From IMG/VR virus record IMGVR_UViG_3300047545_000639, positions 1 to 36,634 of that record: DNA of 36,634 bases; one strand, 5' to 3'. Positions 26,593-35,439 of the stretch are shown here, one piece after another (positions within the stretch are counted from its first letter, which is position 1; the number at the start of each line of letters is the position of its first letter). This DNA comes from a virus (lineage: Duplodnaviria; Caudoviricetes). The notes below the pieces were generated by a model that was not told the origin of the DNA, did not search any database, and saw only the letters and a program-made list of their open reading frames with translations. The position numbers and the translations under genes were made by a program.

Positions 26593-26631
26593 CTTTTTTA
26601 TACTTATCTTTGAAGTAACAAAATAAACAAT

Positions 26632-27012
26632 ATGAACAATCCATTTTTAAGACCGCAAGCGGGAGCCTACAAACCATATTTGGTAGAGGCATTAAACAAA
26701 GTAGGCAGAACCACCGAAGCAGATGAGTTCGCCAAAGGTAATATGAAACTTGCAATCTTGTCAAGTGTTACGGGTGGAGTACGATTATTCCCCGAGTTGA
26801 ATGAAGTTTGTGCCAACGCACTTAACGAACTTGACACGATTGATGAGAATGTCCGTTACTACTTTTGGGGTTTATCCAACGGACAATTCGGAGTGGCTTC
26901 AAGCAACGGAGCGTATGTCTATGACCCAACCGATGTGAAAGCAGTTGAGTATGTCAAGACCCAAGTTGAGTTGAGTGATAACGAAATCATCCAACCATTT
27001 TTTAGCAATTGA
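26632..27012 (+). CDS. hypothetical protein
   Basis: Promoter-gene-terminator unit. Confidence 0.8.
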   Translation: MNNPFLRPQAGAYKPYLVEALNKVGRTTEADEFAKGNMKLAILSSVTGGVRLFPELNEVCANALNELDTIDENVRYYFWGLSNGQFGVASSNGAYVYDPTDVKAVEYVKTQVELSDNEIIQPFFSN

Positions 27013-27107
27013 TTTGTTTTTCATAACTGAGAAGTGGGGGGCGAAAGTTCCCCATTTTTTTTTATAAAAAACTTGCGTGGTAATTTTATTTACATTATAT
27101 TTGAAGT

Positions 27108-27317
27108 ATGAAAAACAAAACAAGATACGATGTGATTAGTCCCGATGGGTTCTCAATCCATTTCAGCGACACATACGCAACAAAGGAAGATGCGAAGAAC
27201 GCGTTTTTTGATTGGAAGAAACGATTTGAAGGGCAAGGGTATTATTCCTCAAACAACGGAAGAATCCCTTTGAGTGAGTTAGAAAATCATTGTAGAATTA
27301 TAGAAGTAGAGATATGA
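27108..27317 (+). CDS. hypothetical protein
   Basis: Leaderless start; SPDGF.I...W..RF..QGYYSS. Confidence 0.75.
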   Translation: MKNKTRYDVISPDGFSIHFSDTYATKEDAKNAFFDWKKRFEGQGYYSSNNGRIPLSELENHCRIIEVEI

Positions 27318-27511
27318 AAAATTACTATGTGACAATTATGTCAATTGACCCGAATGACCACTATGGTCGTGAGCAAGGTGATGATAGCCAGAAGTATGGT
27401 TATGATGTTCAAGCCAGAGATAAGAACCATGCCAGCGAGGTTGGTGTTGAGCAGTTCAAAAATCAGCATGGTGATTTACCAATCTTTTGGGTAAAAGTTT
27501 CTGAAGATTAA
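27314..27511 (+). CDS. hypothetical protein
   Basis: ATGA-coupled 65-aa ORF. Confidence 0.7.
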   Translation: MKNYYVTIMSIDPNDHYGREQGDDSQKYGYDVQARDKNHASEVGVEQFKNQHGDLPIFWVKVSED

Positions 27512-27562
27512 TTTGGTCAGTAAAGTTTTTTATGTTATCTTTGATATAACAAATTAAACAAG

Positions 27563-27775
27563 ATGAAAAAAATTATTGATTTCTTTAATCGTGCATTCGA
27601 GGAGTTGGGCTACGCATACTATAAACAAGTTTATTGCTATGAGGGTAAACTTTGTATGGGTTATGTAGTTGTACAAAACCACAGATTTCTATGGATACCA
27701 ATGAATAGACGTGTGGCGGTTTGTTGTGACAAAGAGGAGTTAAATCAAACTTTAAAATTTTTGCGAGAAAATTAG
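27563..27775 (+). CDS. hypothetical protein
   Basis: Own promoter. Confidence 0.7.
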   Translation: MKKIIDFFNRAFEELGYAYYKQVYCYEGKLCMGYVVVQNHRFLWIPMNRRVAVCCDKEELNQTLKFLREN

Positions 27776-27822
27776 GTCAGTAAAGTTTTTTATGTTATCT
27801 TTGAAGTAACAAAATAAACGAG

Positions 27823-28035
27823 ATGAACGAAGCAATAGAATTAAAGCACCGCCTTGCAATGATCGAGGACGACCTAAAAGTTATTAGAGCATTTATCTAT
27901 GAGCAGGGTTTGAATGAAACATTCCAAAAGCCAACACCAATGGCTGACGAATGTTGGACGCACCTAAACAATATAGAGATTGCTTGTGACCTATCAAGTG
28001 AGGAATGTTTGAGTTGGAAATTATTTGCAAAATAA
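27823..28035 (+). CDS. hypothetical protein
   Basis: Own (variant) promoter. Confidence 0.7.
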   Translation: MNEAIELKHRLAMIEDDLKVIRAFIYEQGLNETFQKPTPMADECWTHLNNIEIACDLSSEECLSWKLFAK

Positions 28036-28091
28036 TTTGGTCAGTAAACTTTTTTTCATTATCTTTGAAGTAACAAAATAAACAAGGAGTT

Positions 28092-28424
28092 ATGGCAAAA
28101 GCAATTCAATTTTCAGAAGTAAAGACCCGCCTTGAAGTTTCAAGTCGTGGTGGTGGTATAGAGATAGACCTAACGCGTTTCGGGTTCAAGGGGGAGTTTA
28201 TGTCAGCGTATCAAAACTATTTGGGTGGTGGTATGTTGGGTAGGGTTTGTGCTAACGACACTATCCGAGCGTATAACAAACCTTGTACACCAAAACAAGC
28301 GGAGAAGTTAGACAAGATAGCGGAGCGTTTAAAACAATACTATCATTTGTTGACTAACCCCGACACCGAGTGGGAAGGTAGTAGTTACGAAGCGAATCAG
28401 TTAAGACCCGAATCAGGTTTTTAA
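28092..28424 (+). CDS. hypothetical protein
   Basis: SSRGGGIEI...AYQNYLGGGMLG; own promoter. Confidence 0.8.
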   Translation: MAKAIQFSEVKTRLEVSSRGGGIEIDLTRFGFKGEFMSAYQNYLGGGMLGRVCANDTIRAYNKPCTPKQAEKLDKIAERLKQYYHLLTNPDTEWEGSSYEANQLRPESGF

Positions 28425-28494
28425 AAAAAAGTTTGTAAAAAACTTGCGTGGTAAACTTTTTTGTGTTATCTTTGAAGTATCAAAACAATTAAAC

Positions 28495-28800
28495 ATGGCA
28501 AAAAAATCAGAAGACATTAGAACAGCGTTCGGGTTACTAATCTATAAGGGTGACTACGAGGGAGCGCAATGGTCAATCACTGGGTTTCCAAAGGACGAGC
28601 AGTTAGCACGTCATTTTGAATCAGCATACGACTTTGAGGATTGTGTTAAACGCAATGTAAATTGTAGTGGTATAGAGTTCGATAGCGAGTTTAGTCAGTT
28701 CTTTGCATACGCCAAGACCAAAGCGAGATTGGTATCGTTCGCCAAGCAGATTGAGAAGCACTTTGCAAAGGCAAAAGCGATGACAGAAAAAATGTATTAA
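28495..28800 (+). CDS. hypothetical protein
   Basis: Start MAKKSED after the promoter. Confidence 0.8.
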   Translation: MAKKSEDIRTAFGLLIYKGDYEGAQWSITGFPKDEQLARHFESAYDFEDCVKRNVNCSGIEFDSEFSQFFAYAKTKARLVSFAKQIEKHFAKAKAMTEKMY

Positions 28801-28857
28801 AAAGTTTGCACAAGAACTTTTTTATACTTATCTTTGAAGTATCAAAACAATTAAGCG

Positions 28858-29178
28858 ATGGAAAATTTTAGCCAAGTATGCGTTTGGGAAGGCACAGTTG
28901 TCGGAGCAGACGAAGTGAAAACTTTTGAGGATTGGGTTCAATCAGAGTTCGGAGTACGAGCAAAGTATTGCGATGAGGTATTGACCTTACCAACACCAGG
29001 AGAAGAAGGAACAGGTGGGAGAAGTGATTTGTTCTTTCGTATCCACGATGAGGACATTCAAAAGTTCTCAGTTCCACGTCTTATGGTTGGTATCCGTTGG
29101 TGGGAAGATGTGTTGGGTAATGGTAATGAGGAATTGTACCCACAAGAGATTTTGGAAAAATATCCAAAAACTTGGTAA
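28858..29178 (+). CDS. hypothetical protein
   Basis: TGGR.D.FF..H..DI.KF...RL..GIRWWEDV; own promoter. Confidence 0.8.
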   Translation: MENFSQVCVWEGTVVGADEVKTFEDWVQSEFGVRAKYCDEVLTLPTPGEEGTGGRSDLFFRIHDEDIQKFSVPRLMVGIRWWEDVLGNGNEELYPQEILEKYPKTW

Positions 29179-29235
29179 AAAGTTTGCACACTAAATTATT
29201 TTGTATTATCTTTGTATAACACAAACAACAAGTAT

Positions 29236-29547
29236 ATGCAACAAATGATTTTAAACATCAGAAAAAAAATGGGGTATGTTCCAATGGAAGAATACCTACG
29301 AGAAAAAGAAAATACTCAAATTTCAAGTATAAAGGATTTTGAGAGAGTAATTCACATATTGAGTTCATCAATACACGAAGCCCATATTGAAACGGCTGAA
29401 AAGTGTTTTGAAGTATTCAAGAACAAGTGGAACGGCTTATCTTCGGAGATAATGTCATATAACACCCTAATCTTTGAAAACGAAAGAGAAAAGGTGTTAC
29501 AACGACTACCGAGGATTGAAGAGAGTGTTAGGTTGTTGCTGACTTGA
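29236..29547 (+). CDS. hypothetical protein
   Basis: Promoter-gene-terminator unit. Confidence 0.7.
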   Translation: MQQMILNIRKKMGYVPMEEYLREKENTQISSIKDFERVIHILSSSIHEAHIETAEKCFEVFKNKWNGLSSEIMSYNTLIFENEREKVLQRLPRIEESVRLLLT

Positions 29548-29641
29548 TACTTGTTTAATTGTGGAGAAGGGGAGCAGAAATGCTCCTCTTTTTTTATGTA
29601 AAAAATTTGGTCAGTAACTTTTTTACACTTACCTTTGTACT

Positions 29642-29932
29642 ATGGAAAAGAAAGAAGGACGTATTCAGATTATCGAGAGTCAATTGGAATTGATTAAAGA
29701 TAGGGTTTGTGAGATTAAGGGTGAATTAACGACACTTGATTTCCAAATGGAGTTGAGCAAAGTTGATGCTAGGTTGTATCGTATGAAGCGTAAAACCTTT
29801 ATGTATGAATTGGAGTTGCTTGACAAGAAGATTGGAGAGTTGAACGCGGAGTCGGACATCTTAAATCTATTCAAGGAAATTGGTATCGAAGTGGAAGAAC
29901 ATTCGGACGAAGAAGAAAAAATCTCAAAATGA
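29642..29932 (+). CDS. coiled-coil hypothetical protein
   Basis: Leaderless start; heptad-rich sequence. Confidence 0.7.
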   Translation: MEKKEGRIQIIESQLELIKDRVCEIKGELTTLDFQMELSKVDARLYRMKRKTFMYELELLDKKIGELNAESDILNLFKEIGIEVEEHSDEEEKISK

Positions 29933-30297
29933 AAAAATATATTGTATCCTTATTGATGTTAATGGGGTTGAATGCTTTTGCACAATCACCCAAACTGAAA
30001 ATAGTATTGTATCCAAACAACGACCTTGAATACGCCCAAGCGGTGAGGTTAATGAATGATACTACATTCAGCAAAGATTTTTGTTTTGATATTATTCGCA
30101 AACAAAAAGACCCATCGTTCCCAGCGGAATACGGAGTGGTTAAAGTTGATTTCGTTTCTTGTGAGGGAGATATTATGGTTGCGAGTTGTCAAGCGAATAC
30201 AATCCCCAATGATAAAGAATTAAAATTGTATGCAAATATGTCCTTGACAATTGCGAGTGATCCGAAATTAAGAAAAAGTACAAAAATATTGTATTAA
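29929..30297 (+). CDS. secreted protein
   Basis: Signal peptide ending AFA-Q. Confidence 0.75.
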   Translation: MKKYIVSLLMLMGLNAFAQSPKLKIVLYPNNDLEYAQAVRLMNDTTFSKDFCFDIIRKQKDPSFPAEYGVVKVDFVSCEGDIMVASCQANTIPNDKELKLYANMSLTIASDPKLRKSTKILY

Positions 30298-30358
30298 AAA
30301 TTTGGTCAGTAAAGTTTTTTATAGTATATTTGAATTATAATCAATTAAACAATATACT

Positions 30359-30670
30359 ATGGCAAGCGACAAAATCACAGACGCACTTGGAATCAAAGAA
30401 GAATGGTGGGATAACAAAATCGAATCAATTAAGGAAAGTTGGAATTCGGTTGGTGCTATCTCAGATGTTATCTTAAAGGAAGCAGAAGGACAACGAACTG
30501 AATCTTTCGGGGATACGGGAATCGGTCTTTCGGAGTACGAGGTTAAGTTGGTAACACTTGGATACCTTATCGGTTTAACCAAGTCAGTAGCAGAACAACA
30601 ATCGGCATCACCCGAACACGATTTTATAAAGTTCCTTATTGAAATGTCAAAAAGAAAAGGGGGTGAATAA
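30359..30670 (+). CDS. hypothetical protein
   Basis: Promoter-gene-terminator unit. Confidence 0.75.
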   Translation: MASDKITDALGIKEEWWDNKIESIKESWNSVGAISDVILKEAEGQRTESFGDTGIGLSEYEVKLVTLGYLIGLTKSVAEQQSASPEHDFIKFLIEMSKRKGGE

Positions 30671-30729
30671 CCCCTTTTTTTTATTCATATAAATTTGGTT
30701 GGTAAATTTTTTTATATTATCTTTGTAAT

Positions 30730-30936
30730 ATGGAAACAATAAAAGGGATAGGATTAATAGTCGCATCGGCTTTAATGGGTTTGTTCGCTTTCAGAGTTGC
30801 GAACACTTGGGACATACCAGTAGACAATCAAATGGCAATGGCTTTGTTCGGTTGCTTTTTCTTTACTATATCATTAATATTATTAGTAATGGAAGTAAAG
30901 GGGTTGGTACAAAGAATGAAAAAAGTTGTAAAATAA
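30730..30936 (+). CDS. 2-TM membrane protein
   Basis: Leaderless start; two hydrophobic helices. Confidence 0.75.
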   Translation: METIKGIGLIVASALMGLFAFRVANTWDIPVDNQMAMALFGCFFFTISLILLVMEVKGLVQRMKKVVK

Positions 30937-30995
30937 TTTGGTCAGTAACTTTTTTACACTTATATTTGTATCATAAAACAATTAAATAATAGTAT

Positions 30996-31307
30996 ATGAA
31001 AAAAGCAGTTTTAATTTTAGCAATGTTTTTAATCGGTGGTGTCGCGGTTGCACAGACCACAGCACCGAAAGAAGAACCAAAGAAAGAAAAAGTAGCACCA
31101 AGGTTGCCTGACGGAATTGAAAAGGGTTTATCTATTACCTATAATGAAATCGGAGAGTTGATTTTCGTTACCAAAAAGAAATCAATCTATGACGACATTG
31201 AAAAGATAAAAGAATACATCGGGGCAAACTATCGCCTTTACAACGCATCAGCACCCGAAATTCAACACGACCGTAACAAATGGGTACTTACGTTTAAGAA
31301 AAAATAA
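30996..31307 (+). CDS. secreted protein
   Basis: Signal peptide ending AVA-Q. Confidence 0.75.
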   Translation: MKKAVLILAMFLIGGVAVAQTTAPKEEPKKEKVAPRLPDGIEKGLSITYNEIGELIFVTKKKSIYDDIEKIKEYIGANYRLYNASAPEIQHDRNKWVLTFKKK

Positions 31308-31430
31308 TTCTTGTTTAATTAGTTGTGAAGTGGGGAGCGAAAGTTCCCCATTTTTTTTTTAAATAAATTGATCAAAATACTTGCACAATAAAGTTTTTTA
31401 TATTATCTTTGATATAACAAATTAAACAAG

Positions 31431-31850
31431 ATGAAAAAGTTATTCCATTACGTTATTATATTTTTAGTTATCTACTGGTGTTTTAATAACATTAATGGGT
31501 GTAATGTAACAAAAGATATAAAAGTCCCGCAAATCGAAGAAAAAGGGGGTTCTTGTGAGGGTTGCACCGCACCGATAGAAGAGTCAAACTACGATGTTTT
31601 AGAAACCGAGAGAGAGCAAGTATCTTATGAGTATCTTAAAAATGCTATAATAAGAAACGAGGGTAGACCAAAAAGTTTTATTGAGTTGGGCAGGAAGATT
31701 GAGAGCAGTAAATCTATTACTATTGTTACTATTGATTATAGTATCATAAACGATAAAGATATAAGAGTGAATAGGAGATGTGTCGGCACCCACGAATTTA
31801 CAATGGACGATGTGTTGATAAGTGTTGATATTACAGATGAAAAAATTTAA
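31431..31850 (+). CDS. membrane-anchored protein
   Basis: N-terminal hydrophobic helix; own promoter. Confidence 0.7.
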   Translation: MKKLFHYVIIFLVIYWCFNNINGCNVTKDIKVPQIEEKGGSCEGCTAPIEESNYDVLETEREQVSYEYLKNAIIRNEGRPKSFIELGRKIESSKSITIVTIDYSIINDKDIRVNRRCVGTHEFTMDDVLISVDITDEKI

Positions 31851-31908
31851 TAAAAAACTTGCACAATAAAATTATTTACATTATCTTTGAAGTATCAAAT
31901 TAAACAAG

Positions 31909-32124
31909 ATGAAAAGAGAAATTAAAATCATTCCGTTAGTCCTATCAATTTTAGGGTTCGTTGCAGTAGGTCTTTGTTTGGGTTCATTGTATGAAGTGGC
32001 GACAACATTCGAGTTATGGTTCGGGGTTGTGTTCGGGTTCATTGCCTTTACATTCATTCTATTATTATCAATTGGGTTCCCCTTGTCAAAAGAGGAAAGA
32101 GAACAAACTGAAATAAAGTTGTAA
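31909..32124 (+). CDS. 2-TM membrane protein
   Basis: Two hydrophobic helices; own promoter. Confidence 0.75.
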   Translation: MKREIKIIPLVLSILGFVAVGLCLGSLYEVATTFELWFGVVFGFIAFTFILLLSIGFPLSKEEREQTEIKL

Positions 32125-32186
32125 AAAAGTTTGGTTGGAAAAGTTTTTTATATTATCTTTGATATAACAAATTAAACAAAGGTATT

Positions 32187-32363
32187 ATGAAAAACTTTCC
32201 CAACATTCTAATGGTGATACTAGTATTAGTTATAGGTGTCATATTGGTTAATCTTATTATTAAGTTCGGTCTTTGGTTGCTATTACTTATATTTGTCTAT
32301 CCAATACACGTTCTTATTGTTTTAGTTATTTTAATGTTTATTTTAAATAAACTTGCACAATAA
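32187..32363 (+). CDS. very hydrophobic peptide (58 aa, not in ORF track)
   Basis: MKNFPNILMVILVLVIGV...FILNKLAQ*; own promoter at about 32131. Confidence 0.65.
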   Translation: MKNFPNILMVILVLVIGVILVNLIIKFGLWLLLLIFVYPIHVLIVLVILMFILNKLAQ

Positions 32364-32407
32364 AGTTTTTTATATTATCTTTGAAGTATACAATTAAACA
32401 ATAAGAT

Positions 32408-32770
32408 ATGAATAAGCAATTTGAAGTAACCGTTAACCCTTTTAAAAGGTCAGTACACATTGGAAGAATCAAAGAGGGGCAAGAACTTGAAATCGACCCA
32501 GCAAAACGCAGAAATGGGAATGTCCTCTATGATTTTGTTGAAGAACTTTATTTTCGTGATTTAGACGAATGGCAATCTTTCGAAATGGACGGCAAATATT
32601 ATGACGTACACTTTCTTTATGAAGATGATTTTTCGCTTAATATATATGAAGTTAAGTTCACAGGTGGAAGTGCGGGTTGGGCAGATTATAGAGAGTGCCT
32701 TGTTTACGTTTTAGATGTTATTTTCTTTATGGGTGATGACAATTGTGTTTCAGGAAGATTTGCACAATAA
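32408..32770 (+). CDS. hypothetical protein
   Basis: Own promoter; ends FAQ* within the next promoter. Confidence 0.75.
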   Translation: MNKQFEVTVNPFKRSVHIGRIKEGQELEIDPAKRRNGNVLYDFVEELYFRDLDEWQSFEMDGKYYDVHFLYEDDFSLNIYEVKFTGGSAGWADYRECLVYVLDVIFFMGDDNCVSGRFAQ

Positions 32771-32815
32771 CTTTTTTATACTTATCTTTGAAGTAACAAA
32801 ATAAACAATTAAGCA

Positions 32816-33061
32816 ATGGCAACAAAATTATGGAAATCCGAGTATCATTCAGGGGGTTCAATCCGAGTAACAACCGATGAAAAGAAAAAGAAAGTAACCT
32901 TTTTAGTAAGCGACCACGAGTATTCATTTGATACAAATGATAGTCGAGCAGAAACAAAGATAGACGCGTTCTTATTTGAGGTAACAAGTTCTTACTATGC
33001 CGATGAAATAATGAAGTGGGTAAAGAGTAAGATAAAAATTGAAACACCAAGTTTTTGGTAA
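32816..33061 (+). CDS. hypothetical protein
   Basis: Promoter-gene-terminator unit. Confidence 0.75.
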   Translation: MATKLWKSEYHSGGSIRVTTDEKKKKVTFLVSDHEYSFDTNDSRAETKIDAFLFEVTSSYYADEIMKWVKSKIKIETPSFW

Positions 33062-33187
33062 AGAGGTTTAATTGTGAGAATTGGGGGCGGAAACGTCCCC
33101 TTTTTTTTTATTAAAAATTTTGATCGAAATACTTGCACAATAAACTTTTTTACATTATCTTTGATATACAATTAAACACAAGGGGTT

Positions 33188-33403
33188 ATGTATAAAATCA
33201 TTCAAGCAAAGTTTTCAAGCAAGTGTGCCAAGAGTGGCAAACGAATTAAGAAAGGTGATACAATCATCTATGACATCTATAAGAAGTTAGCCTACATTCC
33301 TGGCAATGAACCAAAAGATTATACTTACCAAGATGATGGTAAAATGGTACAGGCACAGGAGAACGCGTACTTTGATAATTTTTGTCGAGAAAATAATATA
33401 TAA
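33188..33403 (+). CDS. hypothetical protein
   Basis: AKF.SKC..SG..IKKGD.I.Y pattern; own promoter. Confidence 0.75.
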   Translation: MYKIIQAKFSSKCAKSGKRIKKGDTIIYDIYKKLAYIPGNEPKDYTYQDDGKMVQAQENAYFDNFCRENNI

Positions 33404-33458
33404 AAAACTTGCACAATAAAAAATAATATATTATCTTTACAATATCAAATTAAACAAG

Positions 33459-33671
33459 ATGAAAAAGTTAGTATTATTATTAGTGGTTACGATGGTAACA
33501 TTAGGAGCAAACGCAAGTGTATCAGAATCGTTTGATGGTGGTAAAGGTAAAAAGCACCAATCAGGTTTTAACTATAAAAAACACTACCGCAAGGCAAAGA
33601 GAGTGAAGTTCTTTAATAAATTATTTAATAGAGATAATTGCAATCACTACCGAAGAAATGGTTGGGTTTAA
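33459..33671 (+). CDS. secreted cationic peptide
   Basis: Signal peptide ending ANA; K/R/H-rich mature part. Confidence 0.7.
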   Translation: MKKLVLLLVVTMVTLGANASVSESFDGGKGKKHQSGFNYKKHYRKAKRVKFFNKLFNRDNCNHYRRNGWV

Positions 33672-33821
33672 TTGATTAACGACACGACCAAGGGGAGCAG
33701 AAATGTTCCCCTTTTTTATTTTAATTAAAAAAAAAATCACTTAATTAGATAAATAAATTTGCACATAAACTTTTTTATCCGCACCTTTACAATAAGTTAA
33801 TCAATTAAACAATTAAGTATT

Positions 33822-34013
33822 ATGAAAAAGTTAGTTTTATTATCAGTAGCAGTTTTGGTAGCAGTAGGAACAAGTTTTGCCCACGATGGCGGTAAGAAGC
33901 TTAAAAAACACAAAAGAGTTAAATACCACCAATGCGATGCGTACAAAACACACTACGCACCAATCAAGCCCGAGAGACACCGCAGTCATGGTCTTTGCGA
34001 TGCTTACAACTAA
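33822..34013 (+). CDS. secreted cationic peptide with two CDAY motifs
   Basis: Signal peptide ending SFA; HQCDAY...HGLCDAY. Confidence 0.7.
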   Translation: MKKLVLLSVAVLVAVGTSFAHDGGKKLKKHKRVKYHQCDAYKTHYAPIKPERHRSHGLCDAYN

Positions 34014-34177
34014 AAAGACATCAATCAACAAGAGAGGGGCAGAGATGCCCCTTTTTTATTACCTTATATTTCAATCGAAAAAAAAGTTTCATTTTATTTA
34101 AAATAAATTTGCACATAAACTTTAAAGCCAGTACATTTACATTAAGTTAATCAGTTAAACAATTAAACATTAAAGTT

Positions 34178-34342
34178 ATGAAAAAGTTAGTTTATTTATT
34201 AGTAGTCGTTTTCGCAGTATCATTAACAACTACAAGTTGTGCAAGTTCAAAATACGGAACATACAAAGTAAAGAAAAAAGGGTGCATGACCAAAACAAAA
34301 TACAAAGGTCCGAAAACCACTTACCGAAGCACAAATTGGTAA
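34178..34342 (+). CDS. cationic mini-lipoprotein (54 aa, not in ORF track)
   Basis: MKKLVYLLVVVFAVSLTTTSC-ASSKYGTYKVKKKGC...NW*; promoter and terminator. Confidence 0.7.
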   Translation: MKKLVYLLVVVFAVSLTTTSCASSKYGTYKVKKKGCMTKTKYKGPKTTYRSTNW

Positions 34343-34434
34343 TCAGAAAAGGGGAGCGAAAGTTCCCCTTTTTTATTTTAATTAATTTTAGTTTGGCGCT
34401 TGCACATAAACTTTTTTATGTTTACCTTTACATT

Positions 34435-34504
34435 GTCGTTAGGGAACAACGAAGGGCGGGGGTGAAACCACGAAGTAAATCAGAGGTAACTTGCCCTTTT
34501 TTTT
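34435..34504 (+). ncRNA. candidate small RNA 1
   Basis: Promoter 34400-34430, no ATG, TCGTT/AACGA hairpin, AGGGC...GCCCT stem plus T tract. Confidence 0.5.
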
Positions 34505-34631
34505 CTTGTTTAACTTTCGGGCAAAAACATTAAACAAAAAAATATTTTCATTTTGATTAAAATAAATTTGCACATAAACTATCAAACCCGTACATTTGTA
34601 TAAGTTAATCAGTTAAACAAATTTAATTATT

Positions 34632-35153
34632 ATGAAAAACAAAAAAACACAAATCATCGCACAAGTCATTAAAGATGGCGGTTCAGCAACTTTCGCACAA
34701 GTATTGGCAGTAGTTGAGCAGAAGCAACTTAAAAGAGGTAACCCTTTGAAAGATGCAGTTGTAACGAAGTTAGTTAACTACAATATGTTGTTAAACGCTA
34801 ACTATCAAAATATGGTAAACAACGCACGAGTTCGTGAGGGCAAAGAAGCGGATTTCCAAGCCAAAGAAAATTGGTTCACTCCCGTAAATGATGGCTTTAA
34901 TGGTTCAATCGTAGCGAAGAAAAGCGACCTATCTTGTGAGTACTTAAAGTTCGCTTGTAATAACGCTAAAACGCTTACTTACTTTGTTAATGGTGTAGAA
35001 GCAACGGCAGAACAAATTGAGATTATCAAGCAGTTCCGACCAAGCACAAGCAAGGCAGTAAATCAAGGTCTTGACAATGATGTTATCATTCGCACTATCA
35101 AGGTAGAGGGAATTGAGAAAATCAAGTGTGGCGAGGAAGTTATCTTCGGATAA
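34632..35153 (+). CDS. conserved phage hypothetical protein
   Basis: GNP...V.K...YQNMVNN...EGKEA.F...W motif; promoter and terminator. Confidence 0.8.
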   Translation: MKNKKTQIIAQVIKDGGSATFAQVLAVVEQKQLKRGNPLKDAVVTKLVNYNMLLNANYQNMVNNARVREGKEADFQAKENWFTPVNDGFNGSIVAKKSDLSCEYLKFACNNAKTLTYFVNGVEATAEQIEIIKQFRPSTSKAVNQGLDNDVIIRTIKVEGIEKIKCGEEVIFG

Positions 35154-35177
35154 CCCAACCCACAAACCAACCAAAGA

Positions 35178-35214
35178 GGGGCAGAGATGCCCCTTTTTTG
35201 CGTTTTAAGAGCGT
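35178..35214 (+). repeat. 37-bp direct repeat, copy 1
   Basis: GGGGCAGAGATGCCCCTTTTTTGCGTTTTAAGAGCGT identical to 36462-36498. Confidence 0.9.
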
Positions 35215-35363
35215 CTAATTTAATTTATATAAGATTGCCCCGACAACCCCACAAAATGCCCTTAAAACGAAAATCATATATTTCGTATAGATCCATAAAA
35301 AAAAGTTTTACCAAACACGAAAATAAATTTGCACATAAACTTTTTTATAGCGACCTTTGTATT

Positions 35364-35439
35364 GTCAGTGAGAGATCGAGACGGGTTCGGTGAACAGCCG
35401 CAGAGGGTAGACTCCAACCTGCCTTTTATTTTTTTTTTT
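35364..35439 (+). ncRNA. candidate small RNA 2
   Basis: Promoter 35329-35359, no ATG, branched GC-rich fold plus T tract; shares words with sRNA 1. Confidence 0.5.

Noticed and set aside
21642-29236. Track starts at TTG codons 10436, 21642, 25323, 28444 and 29212
   Set aside because: These TTGs lie inside promoters; the real starts are downstream ATGs
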